Below are positions 46,475 through 55,550 of a DNA stretch of 64,000 bases, piece by piece (within the stretch, counting starts at the first letter, position 1; each line of letters begins with the position of its first letter). The DNA comes from a virus. Lineage: Duplodnaviria > Caudoviricetes. Below the pieces are notes generated by a model. That model was not told the DNA's origin and searched no databases. It was given only the letters and a program-made list of their open reading frames with translations. Location of the stretch: positions 1 to 64,000 of the IMG/VR virus record IMGVR_UViG_3300017911_001697; one strand, given 5' to 3'. Both the position numbers and the translations under genes were made by a program.

Positions 46475-46591
46475 ATGTACGGCGGTATTCCCTTGTTTTT
46501 GACATTTTGCACAATTTTAATTGTGGTGGATACCGCTATCCATGTTATGATACAGATGTATTTTGAAAAACATCCTGCCTTTGTAGATTAA
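46475..46591 (+). CDS. small single-TM peptide (38 aa; not in the ORF track)
   Basis: TAAATG coupling; MYGGIPLFLTFCTILIVVDTAIHVMIQMYFEKHPAFVD. Confidence 0.5.
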   Translation: MYGGIPLFLTFCTILIVVDTAIHVMIQMYFEKHPAFVD

Positions 46592-46785
46592 AGCATTTCG
46601 TTATTGTTTTTGCCTGATCTTGCTGCGTTAAACTTGTTGAGTGTTTTAATCAACAAGTCGCGATCCAACGGAGGTAGTAACCATGCTTCACTCCATGAGA
46701 CTGCCCCTTCGCTGTAGATAACTAACTCTGCGATTTGATTGCTAAGGGCAGTTTGATCGTTCTTGAGCTTCCCAAGATACGCCAC
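46588..46785 (-). CDS. tail-assembly-chaperone C-terminal module (likely the -1 frameshift extension of 46809-47678)
   Basis: GAVSWSEAWLLPPLDRDLLIKTL resembles gp51/GT-type C-termini; frame is open back to the slippery site at 46821. Confidence 0.65.
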   Translation of the reverse strand: MAYLGKLKNDQTALSNQIAELVIYSEGAVSWSEAWLLPPLDRDLLIKTLNKFNAARSGKNNNEML

Positions 46786-46808
46786 TATCTCCTCGGGCTC
46801 AGATTGAG

Positions 46809-47678
46809 CTAGGAAGCCGTGAAAAAATTTACAGGGTCAAAGTTTACTCTGCTTTCGAACGTGTATGGTTCTTCGTTTTCGTCTACACATTTTTCACATT
46901 GCATAGACATTTCATGATTAATACCAATAGCATTGATTTCTTGAATTTTTCCTTCAATTAATTTGCCAACAGAATTTTCAGCATTGTTTAAAAATTCTGT
47001 GATGTGATCTCTGTCGTCAACTACCACAGATTCGCCGTCTTCGTCTATTACTGTAATACTAGCAACACTGTCTACGATTAAAGAAAAGTTTAATGCTGCA
47101 ATCTGTTTGAAGTTGTCGTTAAACAGACGCAGTCTTTCCATTTCGTCTGTGACGTCTGCTAATGCTTGTAAACTTCTTGTGCTTTGGAAATTTGTGATAC
47201 CTGCTTGAATTGTGCTGGCATAAGTGAACGGACGAATTTCAATAGTTAATGTGTCATGTCCAACAGTGTATGAATCTTCGAGCTTACCCATTGTGTCAAT
47301 GGCTGCTTCAACGCTGGCAACACCTGATTGTGATTCTTTACACTTTGGGCATTCTGCTGTTACTTCAACTTCGTCGCCGTATGTAGCACCTTGAATAGCA
47401 ACCAGCAACACATCAATGTCACTGCTCATCATTGCTCTAGCGTTTTTAACATTAGGCACACAACTTTGAATAACTTGTGCAACTGCTTCTCCATTCAGTA
47501 AAGCATCAGGATTTTTCATAATCATTTCGTCTTTTGCTGTCATAGAGAACACAGGTAACTCCTTGGTTTCAGGCATCTCTACAACTTCATCTGTGTAAAA
47601 ACGACCTTCACTCGGAATAGGAGTGAAAAGTTTAGGTGCTCTAAAATGAGCACTTAATGGATTGTGTTTGTTTGTCAT
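46809..47678 (-). CDS. baseplate hub assembly/tail chaperone, T4 gp26-like
   Basis: NPLSAHFRAPK...LPVFSMTAKDEMIMKNPDALLNG, DIDVLLVAIQGATYG, CPKC and CEKC zinc motifs. Confidence 0.75.
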   Translation of the reverse strand: MTNKHNPLSAHFRAPKLFTPIPSEGRFYTDEVVEMPETKELPVFSMTAKDEMIMKNPDALLNGEAVAQVIQSCVPNVKNARAMMSSDIDVLLVAIQGATYGDEVEVTAECPKCKESQSGVASVEAAIDTMGKLEDSYTVGHDTLTIEIRPFTYASTIQAGITNFQSTRSLQALADVTDEMERLRLFNDNFKQIAALNFSLIVDSVASITVIDEDGESVVVDDRDHITEFLNNAENSVGKLIEGKIQEINAIGINHEMSMQCEKCVDENEEPYTFESRVNFDPVNFFTAS

Positions 47679-47704
47679 AATAAATCCTATAAATTAACGT
47701 AGCA

Positions 47705-47734
47705 TATAAATACTGCTACATCCAGTATTTATCG
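47705..47734. promoter_or_regulatory. face-to-face late promoters (TATAAATA plus 47705-47712; CGATAAATAC minus 47734-47725)
   Basis: ATAAATAC-N11-GTATTTAT inverted repeat between divergent genes. Confidence 0.55.
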
Positions 47735-47770
47735 CTATCATAAAGCAGGGTTTTAAAATTTAGGTAATCA

Positions 47771-48346
47771 ATGAATCAATCAGACTACTTTGCAGAATTA
47801 AATGTTGATGCAACACAATTAGTGCAAACATGCAACGAATTTCTTGCTAATGACCCACCTGTGATAAAATATAGGACTGATTCTGAAATAATACACGATG
47901 TGACTACAGATAATGATTCGGCTGATTTTGGTAAATCTTTTCGATATTTTGAATTGTACGAAATGAATATAGGGGAAGTTATACAAAGTTGCCCTTTTTT
48001 AGAACAAATCAATATCAGATATAAGATATACAGAGCTGGTGTGTTTTCATTGCATCCTAACTATTACTATAGGTTACACACCGATATTGGCAGAGGGGTT
48101 GGTATAAACATGTTGTTGTCTGGACACGACAGTCATTGTTTGTTTGTTGATGACACTGACTTTATAGAATTAAAATACAAAAAGAATAAATTATACTTGT
48201 TTAACACACAAAAACCGCACACTGTGATTAATTTTTCGCAACAAAGATATATGTTTAGTCTAGCATTTGCACTAGACAAGGATAAACTAAGTTACGAAAA
48301 ACTGTTCAAACAATGTAAAAGATTAGGGTATTATGAGAGTAACTAA
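47771..48346 (+). CDS. 2OG-Fe(II) oxygenase-like protein
   Basis: HxD (RLHTDIG) ... H (LFNTQKPHTVIN) facial triad, jelly-roll pattern. Confidence 0.65.
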   Translation: MNQSDYFAELNVDATQLVQTCNEFLANDPPVIKYRTDSEIIHDVTTDNDSADFGKSFRYFELYEMNIGEVIQSCPFLEQINIRYKIYRAGVFSLHPNYYYRLHTDIGRGVGINMLLSGHDSHCLFVDDTDFIELKYKKNKLYLFNTQKPHTVINFSQQRYMFSLAFALDKDKLSYEKLFKQCKRLGYYESN

Positions 48347-48875
48347 CTTTAAGAGCTTCCAAGAAACCACAGCAAGAGAATGGCAATTGATAGGAAAAGC
48401 TCATCGAAAAGAACGCAAGCATCTTGTGAACAGAATTGTTCAGCAATTAAAACTGCTTGAGGACACTGACGGCGGATTTCCTGTTACCATACTAGAACAC
48501 TGCCTACAAACTGCTACTCGAGCTTATCGTGCTGGTGAGGATGACGAGTATATTGCAGTTGCTTTATTGCATGATATTGGCGATGCAGTGAGTCCTGAAA
48601 ACCATGGCGAAGTTGTTGCAGCCATGCTAAAACCTTATATAAGTGAAGCAAACTATTTTTTACTCAAAAACCACACTGACTTTCAAGGATATTACTACTA
48701 CCACTACATAGGTAAAGATCGAAACGCCCGCGATCAATACACTGACAGTCCTCACTATGAACACACTGAAAAATTTTGCAGACTGTATGATAGCCAAAGT
48801 TTTGATGCAACTTACAAATCTGAACCATTAGAATTTTTTATTCCTTATATTGAAAAACTGTTAAGTAAAAACTAG
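48333..48875 (+). CDS. HD-domain protein, PhnZ/TmpB-like diiron ligand set
   Basis: H56, H80-D81, H91, H114, D153; EHCLQTATRA..AG...ALLHDIG. Confidence 0.7.
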   Translation: MRVTNFKSFQETTAREWQLIGKAHRKERKHLVNRIVQQLKLLEDTDGGFPVTILEHCLQTATRAYRAGEDDEYIAVALLHDIGDAVSPENHGEVVAAMLKPYISEANYFLLKNHTDFQGYYYYHYIGKDRNARDQYTDSPHYEHTEKFCRLYDSQSFDATYKSEPLEFFIPYIEKLLSKN

Positions 48876-48887
48876 TTTTAATTTTTG

Positions 48888-48897
48888 CGATAAATAC
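48888..48897 (+). promoter_or_regulatory. late promoter CGATAAATAC upstream of the tape measure gene
   Basis: Exact recurrent motif; SD GAGG follows. Confidence 0.65.
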
Positions 48898-48915
48898 ATG
48901 CAAAGAGGATTCTAA

Positions 48916-51900
48916 ATGGCTGACGTCGTAATGCCGGAGGGCAACGTTGTAAAAATACCAGACTTTGCTCTGGAAAGTACTGCTCAGCAGATGCTGAAGC
49001 AACTGTCTGTCCTTGATCAAAATAACAGCAAAGCACATGCTGCTCTGCTAAAACAAGCACAAGATGACGCCAAAAATACTGAAAAATTTCGCAAAGACGA
49101 CGAATCTGACAGAGAAGATTTATACAAAGCCACTCTTGACATTGCCAAAGCAGTCAGAGAACAATCCAAAGCATCTGCAGACAAACCAGGTTTAGAAGGA
49201 ATCAGCGTAGGTGCAGAACTACCTCAAACACTAACACGTTTAGCACAAGGTGCTAACACCACTGCAACTCACATAGACAATGTTGGGCAAAGTGCAGGGG
49301 TCAGCAGTGAAGCCATTGAAAACATGGGCGACACATCAGATGCTGCTAGAGAGCAATTAGACAAATTTAACAAAAGTGCTGCTGTAGGCGAAAAAGCATT
49401 TGTGATGTTTTATGACTCTGCTATGACTACAGCCAAAACATTAGTTGGTGCAGCAGTAGTTTATGGTGGTTTATTATTAGATAGTTTTACAGGCTTAGGC
49501 GAACAACTCAATAATTTAACCAGAGAAGGTGTTGGCTTTACTGACGGTTTATCATCAGGTGGCATGAGTGCCACAGGTGCAATGATGGAACTGAGCGGCA
49601 TGGGCCTCAATGCTGTGAGTACATTAAGCACATTTAGTAGTGTTGTACAAAGCATGGGCAAAGGCCCGTTTGTACAGTTAACAGAGTCATTTAAAGATGC
49701 AACCAACGCTGGTGTTGACTTAGGTATGTCGCTGGAAGACAGTGTTTCTAGAATGGGTGCAGAAATGCAGAAACGTCAGTTAATGGGTGCACTAGATGGC
49801 GTTAATCAGCAAAGATTACAGAAAACAATTACCACAAGTATTAGGAATCAACAGAAATATTCGGCTGCTTTAGGTGTTTCTACAGACGAATTAGTTGCTT
49901 TTACTGACTCGTTGTTAAGCCAAACTCCTGCTTTAACCGCTAATTTAATGCGTTTAAATGCAGACTTGCGTAATCAAGTAATAGGTGGAATCACCGATTT
50001 CGGTACCGCTATGCGTGGTTTAGGCGGCGAAGAAGGCGGAGCAATAGCAGAAGCAATGACAGAGGCTGCAGCTTCGGGTGCTATGGGCTTCAGTGAAAGC
50101 ATGACAGGTTATATCACTGCATTACCAAGTTTAGCAGGCCCAATGAACGATTATATTAGTGCTATCCAAGCAGGTACACTGAGCCAGGAAGACGCAGATC
50201 AAATGGCACAAGACATTGCAACACAATTAGGCAATGTTAGTGCTGCAGAAAAGAACAGAATATTTGCACTTGCTAGGGCAGGCGATGCTCAAGCAGAAAG
50301 CATGGCCAAGGCTATTGCACAGTTTGAACAATCTGAGAAAAAATTAAAAGACATGAACAAAGGCTTTGAAATGTCAGAAGTACAAAAAGGTACTAACATG
50401 TTAACAAAGATTGTAAAAGAATTCACAGGAACTTTCGAAGCAATGAAAACAGGCTTCTTGGTTGGATTTGCTAGTGTAGGTGATGCAGGCGAAACAATTT
50501 CTGAATCACTCAAGGAAGCACAAAAAATTATAGTAAGTGCCCTAGGCGATACATTTGCAGATGTATTTGGTGGCACCGGCGATGCGTTTACAGATTTAAC
50601 TGATGGTGCAAAAGGCTTTGGCGCACAATTAGGTAAAAAGTTACCTGATATGATTAAGAGTGTAGCCGAAAGTGTTGCAGGATTTATTAAAGACATACCA
50701 TCCATAGTTGACAGCGTTAAAAGTTTTGTTAGCGGCTTTATGAGCGTGATGAAAGTTGTGGGCATGGTGATATCTCCTGTTATATCTGTGTTTAAATTCT
50801 TAGCAGGTGTAATAGAAACATTAGCATCTGTGGTTGGTTTTGTGTTAACACCGTTCACAGCATTAGGCAGTTGGTTAGGCGGCTTCTTAGGAGACACTGC
50901 TGACAAAGCCGGCGGCTTTGCAAACATATTAGGTAAACTCACAGGTATAGCAATCACACTGTTTGGTGCATTTAAACTTGCAAGTGGTGTTATGTTTTTG
51001 TTCGGTAAGAGCATGCCAAGCATGTTTGCTAACATGGGCAAGTCCATGATGGAAGGCGCCAAGAACATGATGAGTGGCTTAGGTAACAAAATCAACAAAG
51101 CAACTGGCGGCAAATTAGATCAAGTGTTTGGCAAGGCCAAGGAAAAATTAACAGGCAAAGCCAAAGAAATGGACATGGGCTCAAAAGCCATGGACTCAGC
51201 AACTAAAAAATCTAAGAGTTTCACAAAGACATTAGCAACAGGCATGAAAGATATATCCAAAGGTGTATCAAACATGTTAACAAATCTAAGTAAAGGTATC
51301 AGCAATTCTGTGAGCAATATTGCTAAAGGCATACAAAAAGGTATAAGTGCATTAAGCAAAGGTATTGCAGACGCAGGCAAAGGCATTGGTACAGGAATTG
51401 GTGGATTGCTAAAAGGAACACTAACAGGTTTAGGGCAAGGATTACAAGTATTAGGTAACCCTAAAGTATTACTAGGTGTTGCAGCACTTACAGGCATAGG
51501 AGCCGCAATGTTTGTTGCAGGAAAAGCATTCCAGCAGTTTGCAGACATTAATTGGGCAGGTGTAGCCGCAGGTGCAGTAGCATTAGGTATATTAGGTGGT
51601 GCGGCAGCATTAATAGCACCTTTTGCAGTTCCGATGGCTATAGGAGCCGCGGCAATTGGTGCATTAGGTTTAGCACTGGTTCCGTTTGCGGCTGCAGTTA
51701 AGATAGCAGCACCAGCAATGGTTGAACTGATGGGCAGTTTCAAACTGCTCAACGAAGTAGATCCTAAAAACTTATTGTTACTAGGACCAGGATTAGTATC
51801 ATTAGCAGCCGGTATGGCAGCATTCAGTGCAGGCGGTTTAATAGGCAGTGTACTTGATGGATTAGGCAAACTGTTCGGCAGTGACTCACCGTTTGATAAA

Positions 51901-52608
51901 CTTGCTAAGATTGGAGTGGCAGCACCAGCAATAGTTCAAATGACAGACAACATGAACAACATGGGTCAAACAGTTGATAACTTTAATTCAGCAATTGAAC
52001 AACTCGACGGAAAAGCTGCAGGCGAACAATTTGGCATGATAGCAAAAGGTATAGACAAGTTAAACGAGTCTATGGACAACATCAACATGATGGACCTAGT
52101 CAAAATGGCTGCTATGAAAACGTTCGGACCAATAAGACAAGAACTAGAACCAGAACAAGAGGCACTAGCAGGCGTAAATGCAGAATATGGCGATGATATA
52201 ACAGAACCAACAGGTCCTACTGTGAACAAAATGGATATCAAGCCACGTGCAGAAATGAATGCGTATGAACGCAAACGAGCTAGACAACAACGCAGAGAAG
52301 AAACCATGGCCCGCGGCGGCATTGCTGCTGGTGTAAGCGAACAAGATGCTCAACGTGCAAGAGCACAGGCACCACAGGTGGCTGCACTCAATAATCCAAC
52401 TGCCGCAAGTGCAGTCGACACTCAGACAGCAACAAAAACAGTGATATCTGGCACTGATGATCCTATTGCACAATCAATGTCCAGAACAGGATCAGATCAA
52501 AACTCTTTAACTGATGCACTAGAACGCATGGTTGCTAAACAAGAACAAACTAATGCATTGCTCAAGAAAGGCAATCGTATTTCTTCAGATGGTTTTGAAG
52601 AATTCTAA
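48916..52608 (+). CDS. tail tape measure protein
   Basis: 1230 aa, helical A/G/M-rich with a long amphipathic/hydrophobic stretch; near the chaperone gene. Confidence 0.8.
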   Translation: MADVVMPEGNVVKIPDFALESTAQQMLKQLSVLDQNNSKAHAALLKQAQDDAKNTEKFRKDDESDREDLYKATLDIAKAVREQSKASADKPGLEGISVGAELPQTLTRLAQGANTTATHIDNVGQSAGVSSEAIENMGDTSDAAREQLDKFNKSAAVGEKAFVMFYDSAMTTAKTLVGAAVVYGGLLLDSFTGLGEQLNNLTREGVGFTDGLSSGGMSATGAMMELSGMGLNAVSTLSTFSSVVQSMGKGPFVQLTESFKDATNAGVDLGMSLEDSVSRMGAEMQKRQLMGALDGVNQQRLQKTITTSIRNQQKYSAALGVSTDELVAFTDSLLSQTPALTANLMRLNADLRNQVIGGITDFGTAMRGLGGEEGGAIAEAMTEAAASGAMGFSESMTGYITALPSLAGPMNDYISAIQAGTLSQEDADQMAQDIATQLGNVSAAEKNRIFALARAGDAQAESMAKAIAQFEQSEKKLKDMNKGFEMSEVQKGTNMLTKIVKEFTGTFEAMKTGFLVGFASVGDAGETISESLKEAQKIIVSALGDTFADVFGGTGDAFTDLTDGAKGFGAQLGKKLPDMIKSVAESVAGFIKDIPSIVDSVKSFVSGFMSVMKVVGMVISPVISVFKFLAGVIETLASVVGFVLTPFTALGSWLGGFLGDTADKAGGFANILGKLTGIAITLFGAFKLASGVMFLFGKSMPSMFANMGKSMMEGAKNMMSGLGNKINKATGGKLDQVFGKAKEKLTGKAKEMDMGSKAMDSATKKSKSFTKTLATGMKDISKGVSNMLTNLSKGISNSVSNIAKGIQKGISALSKGIADAGKGIGTGIGGLLKGTLTGLGQGLQVLGNPKVLLGVAALTGIGAAMFVAGKAFQQFADINWAGVAAGAVALGILGGAAALIAPFAVPMAIGAAAIGALGLALVPFAAAVKIAAPAMVELMGSFKLLNEVDPKNLLLLGPGLVSLAAGMAAFSAGGLIGSVLDGLGKLFGSDSPFDKLAKIGVAAPAIVQMTDNMNNMGQTVDNFNSAIEQLDGKAAGEQFGMIAKGIDKLNESMDNINMMDLVKMAAMKTFGPIRQELEPEQEALAGVNAEYGDDITEPTGPTVNKMDIKPRAEMNAYERKRARQQRREETMARGGIAAGVSEQDAQRARAQAPQVAALNNPTAASAVDTQTATKTVISGTDDPIAQSMSRTGSDQNSLTDALERMVAKQEQTNALLKKGNRISSDGFEEF

Positions 52609-52630
52609 TTTCAATATAAATTTTTAATAC

Positions 52631-52658
52631 TTGACTTAAAGATAAATAGTGCTATAAT
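52631..52658 (+). promoter_or_regulatory. composite promoter TTGACT-N16-(TGc)TATAAT with embedded GATAAATA (52641-52648)
   Basis: Both motifs are directly visible upstream of the portal gene. Confidence 0.6.
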
Positions 52659-52671
52659 ATAGGACTAATAT

Positions 52672-54381
52672 ATGAGTTGGCGAAAACATTTTACACCATA
52701 CGATAACAGCGGATTACCGCTAAACGTACAATCTAACAACACTGACAGCAGTTTTGGCGCCGCATCTACCAGCAGGTATAGCAGCTGGCTTCCAGAAGTG
52801 TATGCAGGTAGCCCAAACAGATTGATGCGTTATATCCAGTATGATCAAATGGACAGCGACTTAGAAGTAAACGCCGCACTAGACACCATTGCTGAATTCG
52901 GAACACAAGAAAACGAATACAGCGGTTTACCATTTGACATTGAGTACATTGAAAGTCCTAGTGATACTGAAGCAAAAATCATTGACAAAACACTGCACAA
53001 CTGGGTAAGACTAAACAAGATGCACAAACGTGCATTCCGCATGTTTAGAAGTGTTTGTAAATATGGCGACCAGTTCTTTATCAGAGATCCAGAAACATAT
53101 GAATTATACTGGGTTGATCCTGCAAACATCGAAAAGGTTATTGTAAACGAAAGTGAAGGTAAGAAAATTGAAACTTACTTTATCAAAAACCTAGAACCTA
53201 ACTTTGCAGAACAAGTTGCAACAGATGCAGCCGCATTGCATGCAAGACCATACGGTAGCGGACAAGGCATTGCAGGCATCATGGGTCCTGTGAACAGTCA
53301 AGCAAGCAATTACTTAACAGGTGCTATAGATGGTGTAGATCAAGGTGTGCCTGTGGATGCCAAACATATTGTGCATGTCAGCCTTACAGAAGGTATGGAT
53401 CATTCATGGCCATTTGGTGTCAGCATACTTGAACCTATCTTTAAAGTGTTCAAGCAAAAAGAATTATTAGAAGATTCAATTATTATTTACAGAGTGCACA
53501 GAGCACCTGAAAGACGTGTGTTTTTCATTGATGTAGGTAATATGCCTGCACACAAAGCACAGCAATACTTAGAACGTGTAAAATACGAAGTACAGCAAAA
53601 ACGTGTGCCTAATCAAAAAGGTGACGGCAGCAGTGTAACAGATGCTGCATACAACCCAATGAGCATGCTGGAAGATTACTTCTTTGCTCAAACAGCAGAT
53701 GGCAGAGGTTCTAAAGTAGACACACTGCCGGGTGGTGAGAACTTAGGGCAAATTGATGACTTAAGATACTTCAACAACAAACTGTTACGTGGTTTGCGTA
53801 TTCCAGCAAGTTATCTGCCAACAGGCCCAGATGACGGGTCAGCACAATACAATGATGGCAAAGTGGGTGTTGCATACATTCAAGAATACAGATTTGCAAA
53901 ATATGTAGAAAGACTGCAAAAGCAAGTACAAGAAGATTTAGACAGAGAGTTTAAAATGTTCTTGAAGTACAAAGGCATTGACATTGACAATGCTGGCTTT
54001 AAGTTGCAGTTTAACACCCCAATGAACTTTAGCAGTTACAGAGAATTGCAATTAAACACAGAACGTGCACAAATGTTCAATCAAATTGCAAACTTACCAT
54101 ATATGAGTAAAAGATTTGCATTACAGAAATATATGGGACTCAGTGACACAGAAATGAAGAACAATGAAGAGCTGTGGCGCGAAGAAAACGACTATTCTAA
54201 ATATCAAGCAAATGAAAAAGCAGCAGCATTGAAAAATATAGGTATTAGACCGCAACCAGATGCAGCAGTTGATCCAATGGCAGAACCGGACTTATCTGGC
54301 GTTGATATGCCGGTAGATCCTGCTCCAGAGGTAAATACTGATGTAGGAGGAGAAGTACCTCCAGCAGAAGGCGGAATTTAA
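52672..54381 (+). CDS. gp20: portal vertex protein, T4 gp20-like
   Basis: QKELLEDSIIIYRVHRAPERRVFFIDVGNMP, MLEDYFF, GRGSKVDTLPGGENLG.IDDLRYF. Confidence 0.95.
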   Translation: MSWRKHFTPYDNSGLPLNVQSNNTDSSFGAASTSRYSSWLPEVYAGSPNRLMRYIQYDQMDSDLEVNAALDTIAEFGTQENEYSGLPFDIEYIESPSDTEAKIIDKTLHNWVRLNKMHKRAFRMFRSVCKYGDQFFIRDPETYELYWVDPANIEKVIVNESEGKKIETYFIKNLEPNFAEQVATDAAALHARPYGSGQGIAGIMGPVNSQASNYLTGAIDGVDQGVPVDAKHIVHVSLTEGMDHSWPFGVSILEPIFKVFKQKELLEDSIIIYRVHRAPERRVFFIDVGNMPAHKAQQYLERVKYEVQQKRVPNQKGDGSSVTDAAYNPMSMLEDYFFAQTADGRGSKVDTLPGGENLGQIDDLRYFNNKLLRGLRIPASYLPTGPDDGSAQYNDGKVGVAYIQEYRFAKYVERLQKQVQEDLDREFKMFLKYKGIDIDNAGFKLQFNTPMNFSSYRELQLNTERAQMFNQIANLPYMSKRFALQKYMGLSDTEMKNNEELWREENDYSKYQANEKAAALKNIGIRPQPDAAVDPMAEPDLSGVDMPVDPAPEVNTDVGGEVPPAEGGI

Positions 54382-54382
54382 T

Positions 54383-54586
54383 ATGAAAATAGTAGAATTT
54401 TATGAACCAAAGAATGATCAGGAAACTTTGCGTTCTAAGGAAGATACTAGAAAGCCTAAACTCACACTCAAAGAGTTAAACAAACTGCGTAAGGTTCGTG
54501 AAATAGCTCGTGCAGAACAAATAGAACACAACAAATTTGTTAAAGTAATGTACAAACAAGCATCAGACGAACAGCCAGCACTGTAA
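54383..54586 (+). CDS. small head-assembly region protein
   Basis: 67 aa, DTRKPKLTLKELNKLRK; between portal and prohead core genes. Confidence 0.7.
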   Translation: MKIVEFYEPKNDQETLRSKEDTRKPKLTLKELNKLRKVREIARAEQIEHNKFVKVMYKQASDEQPAL

Positions 54587-54753
54587 ACACTTCAAAAACA
54601 CTTCAAATGTCAAAAAATGTCATTATGACATCTTTTTGATCAAAAAAACACCATTATAACACATATATTACAGATTTCTATAAGTATATAGTAATCTAAT
54701 AATTTGCACGAGTATGCAAAATGTTAGCATTAAATTTTTTAAAGGAGGCCACA

Positions 54754-55524
54754 ATGTCTACAAAATTAGAACAAATTTTAGAACTTCTCCTTGCTGAAGA
54801 AAACGAAAAAGCAGAAGAAATGCTTCATGAGTATGTAGTTGATAAAGCTCGTGCTCAATACGAAAGTCTTTTAGACGAAGAAGTCGAGGAAGATGAAGTA
54901 GTTGAAGAAGAAGCTGCTGAAGAAGTTGACGAAGCAGAAGAAGCAGAATTAGAAGAAACTGAGGAAGTTGACGAAGTTATCGATCAAAGCAATGATTTTG
55001 AAGATGACGTGTTAGCGGACGAAGAAGAAATTGAAGCCGATGAAATCGGTGAAGAAGACGAAGACGAAGATGCAATGCCAATGGACGAGCCTATGGGCGA
55101 TGACGACGAAGGCGAAGAAGATCTCGAAGACAAAGTTGACGATATCGCAGACGAGTTAGAGTCTTTGAAAGCAGAATTCGATGCTTTAATGAATGACAAA
55201 GAGTCAGACGAAGAAGAAGCAGAAATGGATGCAGACGCTGAAGAACTTGATCTTGAGTCAGTTGAATATGACTTAGATGAAGCAGAAGAAGCAGAAGAAG
55301 AAGTTGTCGAAGAAGCCACTAAGTTAAGCAACGCAGTTGCAGCACCTAAGGGCGGCGAAGCAGACAGCAATGAGTCACCATACACAAAAGCACCTAAGAA
55401 AACATCAGTGCAAGGCGCAGGTTCACCTGTAAAAGCAAAAGATGGTTCAGAAGGTAACAAAGGTGAATCAGCAAAAGATCACACACCTACAGACAACATT
55501 GACGTAGAACCTAAAAAGGTTTAA
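54754..55524 (+). CDS. highly acidic prohead core/scaffold protein (gp67-like)
   Basis: Very E/D-rich; SD AAGGAGG before the ATG at 54754. Confidence 0.7.
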   Translation: MSTKLEQILELLLAEENEKAEEMLHEYVVDKARAQYESLLDEEVEEDEVVEEEAAEEVDEAEEAELEETEEVDEVIDQSNDFEDDVLADEEEIEADEIGEEDEDEDAMPMDEPMGDDDEGEEDLEDKVDDIADELESLKAEFDALMNDKESDEEEAEMDADAEELDLESVEYDLDEAEEAEEEVVEEATKLSNAVAAPKGGEADSNESPYTKAPKKTSVQGAGSPVKAKDGSEGNKGESAKDHTPTDNIDVEPKKV

Positions 55525-55550
55525 TTGAAATTACTGTAGGAGAGTAAATT

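Noticed and set aside
54754-55524. Low-complexity acidic region as a nucleotide repeat element
   Set aside because: It is the E/D-rich coding sequence of a prohead core protein with a clear SD and start.
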